From positions 744,001-808,000 of the forward strand of contig NW_026867602.1 of the NCBI RefSeq assembly GCF_020745735.1: a stretch of 64,000 nucleotides of DNA, written 5' to 3'. The notes under the pieces are model-generated. The model made no database searches. It saw only the letters and a program-made list of their open reading frames with translations, and was not told the origin of the DNA. This DNA comes from Hemiscyllium ocellatum. Lineage: Eukaryota. Shown here in pieces: positions 37,001 through 51,917 of this stretch. A program made the position numbers and the translations under genes. Position 1 is the first letter of the stretch, and every line of letters starts with the position of its first letter.

Positions 37001-40000
37001 CAGGGCTGAGGTGTAAGGGACCCAAATTCAGGAAGGGAACAACAATTTATACAGCATCAGGATTGAGATATAAGGAACCCAAATTCAGGAAGGGCACAAC
37101 CATTTATACAGCATCAGGGCTGTGATGTAAGGAACCCAAATTCAGGAAGGGAACCACAATTTATACAGCATCAGGACTGAGATGGAAGGAACCCAAATTC
37201 AGGAAGGGAACAACAATTTATACAGCATCAGGACTGAAATGTGAGGAACCCAAATTCAGGAAGGGAACAACAATTTATACAGCATCAGGACTGAGATGTA
37301 AGGGACCCAAATTCAGGAAGGGAACAACAATTTATACAGCATCAGGACTGAGATGTAAGGAACTCAAATTCAGGAAGGGAACAACAGTTTATACAGCATC
37401 AGGGCTGAGATGTAAGGGACCCAAATTCAGGAAGGGAACAACAATTTATACAGCATCAGGACTGAGATGTAAGGAACCCAAATTCAGGAAGGGAACAACA
37501 ATTTATGCAGCGTCTAGACTGAGGTGTAAGGAACCCAAATTCAGGAAGGGAACAACAATTTATACAGCGTCTAGACTGAGGTGTAAGGAACCCAAATTCA
37601 GGAAGGGAACAGCAATTTATACAGCATCAGGACTGAGATGTAAGGGACCCAAATTCAGGAAGGGAACAGGAATTTATACAGCATCAGGACTGAGATGTTA
37701 GGAACTCAAATTCAGGAAGGGAAGAGGAATTTATACAGGATCAGGACTGAGATGTAAGGGACCCAAATTCAGGAAGGGAACAACAATTTATACAGCATCA
37801 GGACTGAGGTGTAAGGAACCCAAATACAGGAAGGGAACAACAATTTATACAGCATCAGGACTGAGATGTAAGGAACTCAAATTCAGGAAGGGAACAACAG
37901 TTTATACAGCATCAGGGCTGAGATGTAAGGGACCCAAATTCAGGAAGGGAACAACAATTTATACAGCATCAGGACTGAGATGTGAGGAACCCAAATTCAG
38001 GAAGGGAACAACAATTTATGCAGCGTCTAGACTGAGGTGTAAGGAACCCAAATTCAGGAAGGGAACAACAATTTATACAGCGTCTAGACTGAGGTGTAAT
38101 GAACCCAAATTCAGGAAGGGAACAGCAATTTATACAGCATCAGGACTGAGATGTAAGGGACCCAAATTCAGGAAGGGAACAGGAATTTATACAGCATCAG
38201 GACTGAGATGTTAGGAACTCAAATTCAGGAAGGGAAGAGGAATTTATACAGGATCAGGACTGAGATGTAAGGGACCCAAATTCAGGAAGGGAACAACAAT
38301 TTATACAGCATCAGGACTGAGGTGTAAGAACCCCAAATTCAGGAAGGGAACAACAATTTATACAGCATCACGACTGAGATGTAAGGGACCCAAATTGAGG
38401 AAGGGAACAGCAATTTATACAGCATCAGGACTGAGATGTAAGGAACCCAAATTCAGGAAGGGAACAACAATTTATACAGCATCAGGGCTGAGGTGTAAGG
38501 GACCCAAATTCAGGAAGGGAACAACAATTTATACAGCATCAGGATTGAGATATAAGGAACCCAAATTCAGGAAGGGCACAACCATTTATACAGCATCAGG
38601 GCTGTGATGTAAGGAACCCAAATTCAGGAAGGGAACCACAATTTATACAGCATCAGGACTGAGATGGAAGGAACCCAAATTCAGGAAGGGAACAACAATT
38701 TATACAGCATCAGGACTGAAATGTGAGGAACCCAAATTCAGGAAGGGAACAACAATTTATACAGCATCAGGACTGAGATGTAACGGACCCAAATTCAGGA
38801 AGGGAACAACAATTTATACAGCATCAGGACTGAGATGTAAGGAACTCAAATTCAGGAAGGGAACAACAGTTTATACAGCATCAGGGCTGAGATGTAAGGG
38901 ACCCAAATTCAGGAAGGGAACAACAATTTATACAGCATCAGGACTGAGATGTAAGGAACCCAAATTCAGGAAGGGAACAACAATTTATGCAGCGTCTAGA
39001 CTGAGGTGTAAGGAACCCAAATTCAGGAAGGGAACAACAATTTATACAGCGTCTAGACTGAGGTGTAAGGAACCCAAATTCAGAAAGGGAACAGCAATTT
39101 ATACAGCATCAGGACTGAGATGTAAGGGACCCAAATTCAGGAAGGGAACAGGAATTTATACAGCATCAGGACTGAGATGTTAGGAACTCAAATTCAGGAA
39201 GGGAAGAGGAATTTATACAGGATCAGGACTGAGATGTAAGGGACCCAAATTCAGGAAGGGAACAACAATTTATACAGCATCAGGACTGAGGTGTAAGAAC
39301 CCCAAATTCAGGAAGGGAACAACAATTTATACAGCATCAGGACTGAGATATAAGTAACCCAAATTGAGGAAGGGAACAACAATTTATACAGCATCAGGAC
39401 TGAGGTGTAAGGAACCCAAATACAGGAAGGGAACAGCAATTTATACAGCATCAGGACTGAGATGTAAGGGACCCAAGCTCAGGAAGGGAACAACAATTTA
39501 TACAGCATCAGGACTGAGGTGTAAGGGACCCAAATTCAGGAAGGGAACAACAATATATACAGCATCAGGACTGAGATGTAAGGGACCCAAGCTCAGGAAG
39601 GGAACAACAATTTATACAGCATCAGGACTGAGGTGTAAGGATCCCAAATTGAGGAAGGGAACAACAATTTATACAGCGACTAGACTGAGGTGTAAGGAAC
39701 CCAAATTCAGGAAGGGAACAACAATTTATACAGCATCAGGGCTGAGATGTAAGGAAACCAAATTCAGGAAGGGAACAACAATTTATACAGCATCAGGACT
39801 AAGATGTAAGAATCCCAAATTCAGGAAGGGAACAGCAATTTATACAGCATCAGCACTGAGATGTAAGGGTCTCAAATTCAGGAAGGGAACAACAATTTAT
39901 ACAGCATCAGGACTGAGATGTAAGGGACCCAAATTCAGGAAGGGAACAATAATTTATACAGCATAAGGACTGTGTTGTAAGAAACCCAAAGTCATAAAGG

Positions 40001-43000
40001 GAACTGCAATCTATACAGCATCAGGAGTCAGATGTAAGGAACCCAAATTCAGGAAGGGAACAACAATTTATACAGCATCAGGACTGAGATGTAAGGAACC
40101 CAAATTCAGGAAGGGAACAACAATTTATACAGCATCAGGGCTGAGATGTAAGGGACCCAAATTCAGGAAGGGAACCGCAATTTATACAGCATCAGGACTG
40201 AGATGTAAGGAACCCAAATTCAGGAAGTGAACAACAATTTATACAGCATCAGGACTGAGATGTAAGGAACCCAAATTCAGGAAGGGAACAACAATTTATA
40301 CAGCATCAGGACTGAGATGTAAGGAACCCAAATTCAGGAAGGGAACAACAATTTATACAGCATCAGGACTGAGATGTAAGGAACCCAAATTCAGGAAGGG
40401 AACAACAATTTATACAGCATCAGGGCTGAGATGTAAGGGACCCAAATTCAGGAAGGGAACAACAATATATACAGCATCAGGACTGAGATGTAAGGAACCC
40501 AAATTCAGGAAGGGAACAACAATTTATACAGCATCAGGACTGAGATGTAAGGAACCCAAATTCAGGAAGGGAACAACAATATATACAGCATCAGGACTGA
40601 GATGTTAGGAACTCAAATTCAGGAAGGGAAGAGGAATTTATACAGGATCAGGACTGAGATGTAAGGGACCCAAATTCAGGAAGGGAACAACAATTTATAC
40701 AGCATCAGGACTGAGGTGTAAGAACCCCAAATTCAGGAAGGGAACAACAATTTATACAGCATCAGGGCTGAGATGTAAGGGACCCAAATTCAGGAAGGGA
40801 ACAACAATTTATACAGCATCAGGACTGAGATGTAAGGGACCCAAATTCAGGAAGGGAACAACAATTTATACAGCATCAGGACTGAGATGTAAGGAACCCA
40901 AATTCAGGAAGGGAACAACAATATATACAGCATCAGGGCTGAGATGTAAGGAACCCAAATTCAGGAAGGGAACAACAATTTATACAGCATCAGGACTGAG
41001 GTGTAAGGAAACCAAATTCAGGAAGGGAACAGCAATTTATACAGCATCAGCACTGAGATGTAAGGGACTCAAATTCAGGAAGGGAACAACAATTTATACA
41101 GCATCAGGACTGAGATGTAAGGGACCCAAATTCAGGAAGGGAACAATAATTTATACAGCATCAGGACTGTGTTGTAAGAAACCCAAAGTCATAAAGGGAA
41201 CTGCAATTTATACAGCATCAGGAGTCAGATGTAAGGAACCCAAATTCAGGAAGGGAACAACAATTTATACAGCATCAGGGCTGAGGTGTAAGAACCCCAA
41301 ATTCAGGAAGGGAACAACAATTTATACAGCATCACGACTGAGATGTAAGGGACCCAAATTGAGGAAGGGAACAGCAATTTATACAGCATCAGGACTGAGA
41401 TGTAAGGAACCCAAATTCAGGAAGGGAACAACAATTTATACAGGATCAGGACTGAGATGTAAGGGACCCAAATTCAGGAAGGGAACAACAATTTATACAG
41501 CATCAGGACTGAGGTGTAAGAACCCCAAATTCAGGAAGGGAACAACAATTTATACAGCATCACGACTGAGATGTAAGGGACCCAAATTGAGGAAGGGAAC
41601 AGCAATTTATACAGCATCAGGACTGAGATGTAAGGAACCCAAATTCAGGAAGGGAACAACAATTTATACAGCATCAGGGCTGAGGTGTAAGGGACCCAAA
41701 TTCAGGAAGGGCACAACCATTTATACAGCATCAGGGCTGTGATGTAAGGAACCCAAATTCAGGAAGGGAACCACAATTTATACAGCATCAGGACTGAGAT
41801 GGAAGGAACCCAAATTCAGGAAGGGAACAACAATTTATACAGCATCAGGACTGAAATGTGAGGAACCCAAATTCAGGAAGGGAACAACAATTTATACAGC
41901 ATCAGGACTGAGATGTAAGGGACCCAAATTCAGGAAGGGAACAACAATTTATACAGCATCAGGACTGAGGTGTAAGGAAACCAAATTCAGGAAGGGAACA
42001 ACAATTTATACAGCATCAGGACTGAGATGTAAGGAACTCAAATTCAGGAAGGGAACAACAGTTTATACAGCATCAGGGCTGAGATGTAAGGGACCCAAAT
42101 TCAGGAAGGGAACAACAATTTATACAGCATCAGGACTGAGATGTAAGGAACCCAAATTCAGGAAGGGAACAACAATTTATGCAGCGTCTAGACTGAGGTG
42201 TAAGGAACCCAAATTCAGGAAGGGAACAACAATTTATACAGCGTCTAGACTGAGGTGTAAGGAACCCAAATTCAGGAAGGGAACAGCAATTTATACAGCA
42301 TCAGGACTGAGATGTAAGGGACCCAAATTCAGGAAGGGAACAGGAATTTATACAGCATCAGGACTGAGATGTTAGGAACTCAAATTCAGGAAGGGAAGAG
42401 GAATTTATACAGGATCAGGACTGAGATGTAAGGGACCCAAATTCAGGAAGGGAACAACAATTTATACAGCATCAGGACTGAGGTGTAAGGAACCCAAATA
42501 CAGGAAGGGAACAACAATTTATACAGCATCAGGACTGAGATGTAAGGAACTCAAATTCAGGAAGGGAACAACAGTTTATACAGCATCAGGGCTGAGATGT
42601 AAGGGACCCAAATTCAGGAAGGGAACAACAATTTATACAGCATCAGGACTGAGATGTGAGGAACCCAAATTCAGGAAGGGAACAACAATTTATGCAGCGT
42701 CTAGACTGAGGTGTAAGGAACCCAAATTCAGGAAGGGAACAACAATTTATACAGCGTCTAGACTGAGGTGTAATGAACCCAAATTCAGGAAGGGAACAGC
42801 AATTTATACAGCATCAGGACTGAGATGTAAGGGACCCAAATTCAGGAAGGGAACAGGAATTTATACAGCATCAGGACTGAGATGTTAGGAACTCAAATTC
42901 AGGAAGGGAAGAGGAATTTATACAGGATCAGGACTGAGATGTAAGGGACCCAAATTCAGGAAGGGAACAACAATTTATACAGCATCAGGACTGAGGTGTA

Positions 43001-46000
43001 AGAACCCAAATTCAGGAAGGGAACAACAATTTATACAGCATCACGACTGAGATGTAAGGGACCCAAATTGAGGAAGGGAACAGCAATTTATACAGCATCA
43101 GGACTGAGATGTAAGGAACCCAAATTCAGGAAGGGAACAACAATTTATACAGCATCAGGGCTGTGATGTAAGGAACCCAAATTCAGGAAGGGAACCACAA
43201 TTTATACAGCATCAGGACTGAGATGGAAGGAACCCAAATTCAGGAAGGGAACAACAATTTATACAGCATCAGGACTGAAATGTGAGGAACCCAAATTCAG
43301 GAAGGGAACAACAATTTATACCGCATCAGGACTGAGATGTAAGGGACCCAAATTCAGGAAGGGAACAACAATTTATACAGCATCAGGACTGAGGTGTAAG
43401 GATACCAAATTCAGGAAGGGATCAACAATTTATACAGCATCAGGACTGAGATGTAAGGAACTCAAATTCAGGAAGGGAACAACAGTTTATACAGCATCAG
43501 GGCTGAGATGTACGGGACCCAAATTCAGGAAGGGAACAACAATTTATACAGCATCAGGACTGAGATGTAAGGAACCCAAATTCAGGAAGGGAACAACAAT
43601 TTATGCAGCGTCTAGACTGAGGTGTAAGGAACCCAAATTCAGGAAGGGAACAACAATTTATACAGCGTCTAGACTGAGGTGTAAGGAACCCAAATTCAGA
43701 AAGGGAACAGCAATTTATACAGCATCAGGACTGAGATGTAAGGGACCCAAATTCAGGAAGGGAACAGGAATTTATACAGCATCAGGACTGAGATGTTAGG
43801 AACTCAAATTCAGGAAGGGAAGAGGAATTTATACAGCATCAGGACTGAGGTGTAAGAACCCCAAATTCAGGAAGGGAACAACAATTTATACAGCATCAGG
43901 ACTGAGATATAAGTAACCCAAATTGAGGAAGGGAACAACAATTTATACAGCATCAGGACTGAGGTGTAAGGAACCCAAATACAGGAAGGGAACAGCAATT
44001 TATACAGCATCAGGACTGAGATGTAAGGGACCCAAGCTCAGGAAGGGAACAACAATTTATACAGCATCAGGACTGAGGTGTAAGGATCCCAAATTGAGGA
44101 AGGGAACAACAATTTATACAGCGACTAGACTGAGGTGTAAGGAACCCAAATTCAGGAAGGGAACAACAATTTATACAGCATCAGGGCTGAGATGTAAGGA
44201 AACCAAATTCAGGAAGGGAACAACAATTTATACAGCATCAGGACTAAGATGTAAGAATCCCAAATTCAGGAAGGGAACAGCAATTTATACAGCATCAGCA
44301 CTGAGATGTAAGGGTCTCAAATTCAGGAAGGGAACAACAATTTATACAGCATCAGGACTGAGATGTAAGGGACCCAAATTCAGGAAGGGAACAATAATTT
44401 ATACAGCATAAGGACTGTGTTGTAAGAAACCCAAAGTCATAAAGGGAACTGCAATTTATACAGCATCAGGAGTCAGATGTAAGGAACCCAAATTCAGGAA
44501 GGGAACAACAATTTATACAGCATCAGGACTGAGATGTAAGGAACCCAAATTCAGGAAGGGAACAACAATTTATACAGCATCAGGGCTGAGATGTAAGGGA
44601 CCCAAATTCAGGAAGGGAACCGCAATTTATACAGCATCAGGACTGAGATGTAAGGAACCCAAATTCAGGAAGTGAACAACAATTTATACAGCATCAGGAC
44701 TGAGATGTAAGGAACCCAAATTCAGGAAGGGAACAACAATTTATACAGCATCAGGACTGAGATGTAAGGAACCCAAATTCAGGAAGGGAACAACAATTTA
44801 TACAGCATCAGGACTGAGATGTAAGGAACCCAAATTCAGGAAGGGAACAACAATTTATACAGCATCAGGGCTGAGATGTAAGGGACCCAAATTCAGGAAG
44901 GGAACAACAATATATACAGCATCAGGACTGAGATGTAAGGAACCCAAATTCAGGAAGGGAACAACAATTTATACAGCATCAGGACTGAGATGTAAGGAAC
45001 CCAAATTCAGGAAGGGAACAACAATATATACAGCATCAGGACTGAGATGTTAGGAACTCAAATTCAGGAAGGGAAGAGGAATTTATACAGGATCAGGACT
45101 GAGATGTAAGGGACCCAAATTCAGGAAGGGAACAACAATTTATACAGCATCAGGACTGAGGTGTAAGAACCCCAAATTCAGGAAGGGAACAACAATTTAT
45201 ACAGTATCAGGACTGAGATATAAGTAACCCAAATTGAGGAAGGGAACAACAATTTATACAGCATCAGGACTGAGGTGTAAGGAACCCAAATACAGGAAGG
45301 GAACAGCAATTTATACAGCATCAGGGCTGAGATGTAAGGGACCCAAATTCAGGAAGGGAACAACAATTTATACAGCATCAGGACTGAGATGTAAGGGACC
45401 CAAATTCAGGAAGGGAACAACAATTTATACAGCATCAGGACTGAGATGTAAGGAACCCAAATTCAGGAAGGGAACAACAATATATACAGCATCAGGGCTG
45501 AGATGTAAGGAACCCAAATTCAGGAAGGGAACAACAATTTATACAGCATCAGGACTGAGGTGTAAGGAAACCAAATTCAGGAAGGGAACAGCAATTTATA
45601 CAGCATCAGCACTGAGATGTAAGGGACTCAAATTCAGGAAGGGAACAACAATTTATACAGCATCAGGACTGAGATGTAAGGGACCCAAATTCAGGAAGGG
45701 AACAATAATTTATACAGCATCAGGACTGTGTTGTAAGAAACCCAAAGTCATAAAGGGAACTGCAATTTATACAGCATCAGGAGTCAGATGTAAGGAACCC
45801 AAATTCAGGAAGGGAACAACAATTTATACAGCATCAGGGCTGAGATGTAAGGAACCCAAAATCAGGAAGGGATCAGCAATTTATACAGCATCAGCACTGA
45901 GATGTAAGGGACTCAAATTCAGGAAGGGAACAACAATTTATACAGCATCAGGACTGAGATGTAAGGGACCCAAATTCAGGAAGGGAACAATAATTTATAC

Positions 46001-49000
46001 AGCATCAGGACTGTGTTGTAAGAAACCCAAATTCAGGAAGGGAACAACAATTTATACAGCATCAGGGCTGAGGTGTAAGGGACCCAAATTCAGGAAGGGA
46101 ACAACAATTTATACAGCATCAGGATTGAGATATAAGGAACCCAAATTCAGGAAGGGCACAACCATTTATACAGCATCAGGACTGAGATGGAAGGAACCCA
46201 AATTCAGGAAGGGAACAACAATTTATACAGCATCAGGACTGAAATGTGAGGAACCCAAATTCAGGAAGGGAACAACAATTTATACAGCATCAGGACTGAG
46301 ATGTAAGGGACCCAAATTCAGGAAGGGAACAACAATTTATACAGCATCAGGACTGAGGTGTAAGGAAACCAAATTCAGGAAGGGAACAACAATTTATACA
46401 GCATCAGGACTGAGATGTAAGGAACTTAAATTCAGGAAGGGAACAACAGTTTATACAGCATCAGGGCTGAGATGTAAGGGACCCAAATTCAGGAAGGGAA
46501 CAACAATTTATACAGCATCAGGACTGAGATGTAAGGAACCCAAATTCAGGAAGGGAACAACAATTTATGCAGCGTCTAGACTGAGGTGTAAGGAACCCAA
46601 ATTCAGGAAGGGAACAACAATTTATACAGCGTCTAGACTGAGGTGTAAGGAACCCAAATTCAGGAAGGGAACAGCAATTTATACAGCATCAGGACTGAGA
46701 TGTAAGGGACCCAAATTCAGGAAGGGAACAGGAATTTATACAGCATCAGGACTGAGATGTTAGGAACTCAAATTCAGGAAGGGAAGAGGAATTTATACAG
46801 GATCAGGACTGAGATGTAAGGGACCCAAATTCAGGAAGGGAACAACAATTTATACAGCATCAGGACTGAGGTGTAAGAACCCCAAATTCAGGAAGGGAAC
46901 AACAATTTATACAGCATCACGACTGAGATGTAAGGGACCCAAATTGAGGAAGGGAACAACAATTTATACAGCATCACGACTGAGATGTAAGAGGCCCAAA
47001 GTCATAAAGGGAACCACAATTTATACAGCATCAGGACTGAGATGTCAGTAACCCAAATTCAGGAAGGGAACAACAATTTATACAGCGTCTAGACAGAGGT
47101 GTAAGGAACCCAAATTCAGGAAGGGAACAACAATTTATACAGCGTCAGGGCTGAGATGTAAGGGACCCAAATTCAGGAAGGGAACAACAATATATACAGC
47201 GTCAGGGCTGAGATGTAAGGAACCCAAATTCAGGAAGGGAACAACAATTTATACAGCATCAGGACTGAGATGTAAGGGACCCAAATTCAGGAAGGGAACA
47301 ACAATTTATACAGCATCAGGACTGAGATATCAGTAACCCAAATTGAGGAAGGGAACAACAATTTATACAGCATCAGGACTGAGGTGTAAGGAACCCAAAT
47401 ACAGGAAGGGAACAGCAATTTATACAGCATCAGGACTGAGATGTAAGGGACCCAAGCTCAGGAAGGGAACAACAATTTATACAGCATCAGGACTGAGGTG
47501 TAAGGATCCCAAATTGAGGAAGGGAACAACAATTTATACAGCGACTAGACTGAGGTGTAAGGAACCCAAATTCAGGAAGGGAACAACAATTTATACAGCA
47601 TCAGGACTGAGATATCAGTAACCCAAATTCAGGAAGGGAACAAAAATTTATACAGCATCAGGGCTGAGATGTAAGGAAACCAAATTCAGGAAGGGAACAA
47701 CAATTTATACAGCATCAGGACTGAGATGTAAGAATCACAAATTCAGGAAGGGAACAACAATTTATACAGCATCAGAGCTGAGATGTAAGCGACCCAAATT
47801 CAGGAAGGGAACAACAATTTATACAGCATCAGGACTGAGATGTAAGGGACCCAAATTCAGGAAGGGAACAACAATTTATACAGCATCAGGACTGAGATGT
47901 AAGGAACCCAAATTCAGGAAGGGAACAGCAATTTATACAGCATCAGGACTGAGGTGTAAGGGACCCAAATTCAGGAAGGGAACAACAATTTATACAGTAT
48001 CAGGACTGAGATGTGAGGAACCCAAATTCAGGAAGGGAACAACAATTTATACAGCATCAGGACTAAGGTGTTAGGGACCCAAATTCAGGAATGGAACAAC
48101 AATTTATACAGCATCAGCACTGAGATGTAAGGAAAACAAATTCAGGAAGTGAACAACAATTTATACAGCATCTGGACTGAGATGTAAGGAATCCAAATTC
48201 AGGAAGGGAACAACAATTTTTACAGCATCAGGGCTGAGATGTAAGGAACCCAAAATCAGGAAGGGAACAGCAATTTATACAGCATCAGCACTGAGATGTA
48301 AGGGACTCAAATTCAGGAAGGGAACAACAATTTATACAGCATCAGGACTGAGATGTAAGGGACCCAAATTCAGGAAGGGAACAATAATTTATACAGCATC
48401 AGGACTGAGTTGTAAGAAACCCAAAGTTATAAAGGGAACTGCAATTTATACAGCATCAGGAGTCAGATGTAAGGAACCCAAATTCAGGAAGGGAACAACA
48501 ATTTATACAGCATCAGGACTGAGATGTAAGGAACCCAAATTCAGGAAGGGAACAACAATTTATACAGCATCAGGGCTGAGATGTAAGGGACCCAAATTCA
48601 GGAAGGGAACAACAATTTATACAGCATCAGGACTGAGATGTAAGGAACCCAAATTCAGGAAGTGAACAACAATTTATACAGCATCAGGACTGAGATGTAA
48701 GGAACCCAAATTCAGGAAGGGAACAACAATTTATACAGCATCAGGACTGAGATGTAAGGGACCCAAATTCAGGAAGGGAACAACAATTTATACAGCATCA
48801 GGACTGAGATGTAAGGAACCCAAATTCAGGAAGGGAACAGCAATTTATACAGCATCAGGACTGAGGTGTAAGGGACCCAAATTCAGGAAGGGAACAACAA
48901 TTTATACAGCATCAGGACTGAGATGTGAGGAACCCAAATTCATGAAGGGAACAACAATTTATACAGCATCAGGACTAAGGTGTTAGGGACCCAAATTCAT

Positions 49001-51578
49001 GAAGGGAACAACAATTTATACAGCATCAGGGCTGAGATGTAAGGAACCCAAATTCAGGAAGGGAACAACAATTTATACAGCATCAGGGCTGAGATGTAAG
49101 GAAACCAAATTCAGGAAGGGAACAACAATTTATACAGCATCAGGACTAAGGTGTTAGGGACCCAAAATTCAGGAAGGGAACAACAATTTATACAGCATCA
49201 GGGCTGAGATGTAAGGAACCCAAATTCAGGAAGGTAACAACAATTTATACAGCATCAGGGCTGAGATGTAAGGAAACCAAATTCAGGAAGTGAACAACAA
49301 TTTATACAGCATCTGGACTGAGATGTAAGGAATCCAAATTCAGGAAGGGAACAACAATTTTTACAGCATCAGGGCTGAGATGTAAGGAACCCAAAATCAG
49401 GAAGGGAACAGCAATTTATACAGCATCAGCACTGAGATGTAAGGGACTCAAATTCAGGAAGGAACAACAATTTATACAGCATCAGGACTGAGATGTAAGG
49501 GACCCAAATTCAGGAAGGGAACAATAATTTATACAGCATCAGGACTGTGTTGTAAGAAACCCAAAGTCATAAAGGGAACTGCAATTTATACAGCATCAGG
49601 AGTCAGATGTAAGGAACCCAAATTCAGGAAGGGAACAACAATTTATACAGCATCAGGACTGAGATGTAAGGAACCCAAATTCAGGAAGGGAACAACAATT
49701 TATACAGCATCAGGGCTGAGATGTAAGGGACCCAAATTCAGGAAGGGAACCGCAATTTATACAGCATCAGGACTGAGATGTAAGGAACCCAAATTCAGGA
49801 AGTGAACAACAATTTATACAGCATCAGGACTGAGATGTAAGGAACCCAAATTCAGGAAGGGAACAACAATATATACAGCATCAGGGCTGAGATCTAAGGG
49901 ACCCAAATTCAGGAAGGGAACAACAATTTATACAGCATCAGGACTGAGATGTAAGGAACCCAAATTCAGGAAGGGAACAACAATTTATACAGCATCAGGA
50001 CTGAGATGTAACGAACCCAAATTCAGGAAGGGAACAACAATTTATACAGCATCAGGACTGAGATGTAAGGAACCCAAATTCAGTAAGGGAACAACAATAT
50101 ATACAGCATCAGGACTGAGATGTAAGGAACTCAAATTCAGGAAGGGAACAACAATTTATACAGCATCAGGGCTGAGATGTGAGGAACCCAAATTCAGGAA
50201 CGGAACAGCAATTTATACAGCATCAGGGCTGAGATGTAAGGGACCCAAATTCAGGAAGGGAACAACAATTTATACAGCATCAGGACTGAGCTGTAAGGGA
50301 CCCAAATTCAGGAAGGGAACAACAATTTATGCAGCATCAGGGCTGAGATGTATGGAACCCAAATTCAGGAAGTGAACAACAATTTATACAGCATCAGGAC
50401 TGAGATGTAAGGGACCCAAATTCAGGAAGGGAATAACAATTTATACAGCATCAGGACTGAGATGTAAGGGACCCAAATTCAGGAAGGGAACAACAATTTA
50501 TACAGCATCAAGACTGAGATGTAAGGAACCCAAATTCAGGAAGGGAACAACAATTTATACAGCATCAAGACTGAGATGTAAGGAACCCAAATTCAGGAAG
50601 GGAACAACAATTTATACAGCATCAGGACTGAGGTGTAAGGAAACCAAATTCAGGAAGGGAACAACAATTTATACAGCATCAGGGCTGAGGTGTAAGGGAC
50701 CCAAATTCAGGAAGGGAACAACAATTTATACAGCATCAGGACTGAGGTGTAAGGAACCCAAATTCAGGAAGGGAACAACAATTTATACAGCATCAGGACT
50801 GAGATATAAGTAACCCAAATTCAGGAAGGGAACAACAATTTATACAGCATCAGGACTGAGATGTAAGGAAACCAAATTCAGGAAGGGAACAGCAATTTAT
50901 ACAGCATCAGGACTGAGATGTAAGGAACCCAAATTCAGGAAGGGAACAACAATTTATACAGCATCAGGGCTGAGATGTAAGGAACCCAAATTCAGGAAGG
51001 GAACAACAATTTATACAGCATCAGGGCTCAGATGTAAGGAACCCAAATTCAGGAAAGGAACAACAATTTATACAGCATCAGGACTGAGATGTAAGGAACC
51101 CAAATTCAGGAAGGGAACAACAATTTATACAGCATCAGGGCTGAGGTGTAAGGGACCCAAATTCAGGAAGGGAACAACAATTTATACAGCATCAGGGCTG
51201 AGATGTAAGGAACCCAAATTCAGGAAGGGAACAACAATTTATACAGCATCAGGACTGAGATGTAACGAACCCAAATTCAGGAAGGGAACAGCAATTTATA
51301 CAGCATCAGGACTGAGATGTAAGGAACCCAAATTCAGGAAGGGAACAACAATTTATACAGCGTCAGGGCTGAGATGAAAGGAACACAAATTCAGGAAGGG
51401 AACAACAATTTATACAGCATCAGGACTGAGATGTAAGGAACCCAAATTCAGGAAGGGAACAACAATTTATACAGCATCAGGACTGAGATGTAAGGGACCC
51501 AAATTCAGGAAGGGAACAGCAATTTATACAGCATCAGGGCTGAGATGTAAGGAACACAAATTCAGGAAGGGAACAGCA
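28072..51578 (+). repeat. 23.5-kb satellite of 57-bp units (about 410 copies) with higher-order structure
   Basis: Unit aacccaaattcaggaagggaacaacaatttatacagcatcaggactgagatgtaagg; 19-codon periodicity in the ORF track. Confidence 0.98.
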
Positions 51579-51917
51579 GTCTGTAGTATATGCATCTGAC
51601 CAGGTAAGGTGACTTTGAGAGGCCCGGGTTGTGACAGGAAGATGGAACAGGGGTAGTTAACTGTCAATCTTTAGTGAGCTGATGACATTCCAACCTGGCG
51701 CCCCCTTCCCGATGGCTGGGATTGTTGATGTGGAGAGTGCAGCAGCGATTGGCCGTCTTGGCAAAAGATGCCAGTGGGCGAGATATGTTCCCTTCCTGAA
51801 TGGGAATGAGGTGGGAGCGGTCCGTCAGGGCACAGACACCCACCAGGGGTAGACGGGAGGTGTTGGACCCTCTGGAGACCTAGCTGGTGGTGACCCCTTC
51901 CCTTCTCTCGTATTTAG

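Noticed and set aside
45234-46763. 509-aa and other (KFRKGTTIYTASGLRCKEP)n ORFs as a repeat or zinc-finger protein
   Set aside because: One Cys per unit with no C2H2 spacing, frequent stop variants in the same frame, and starts at TTG variants; explained by the 57-bp unit length.
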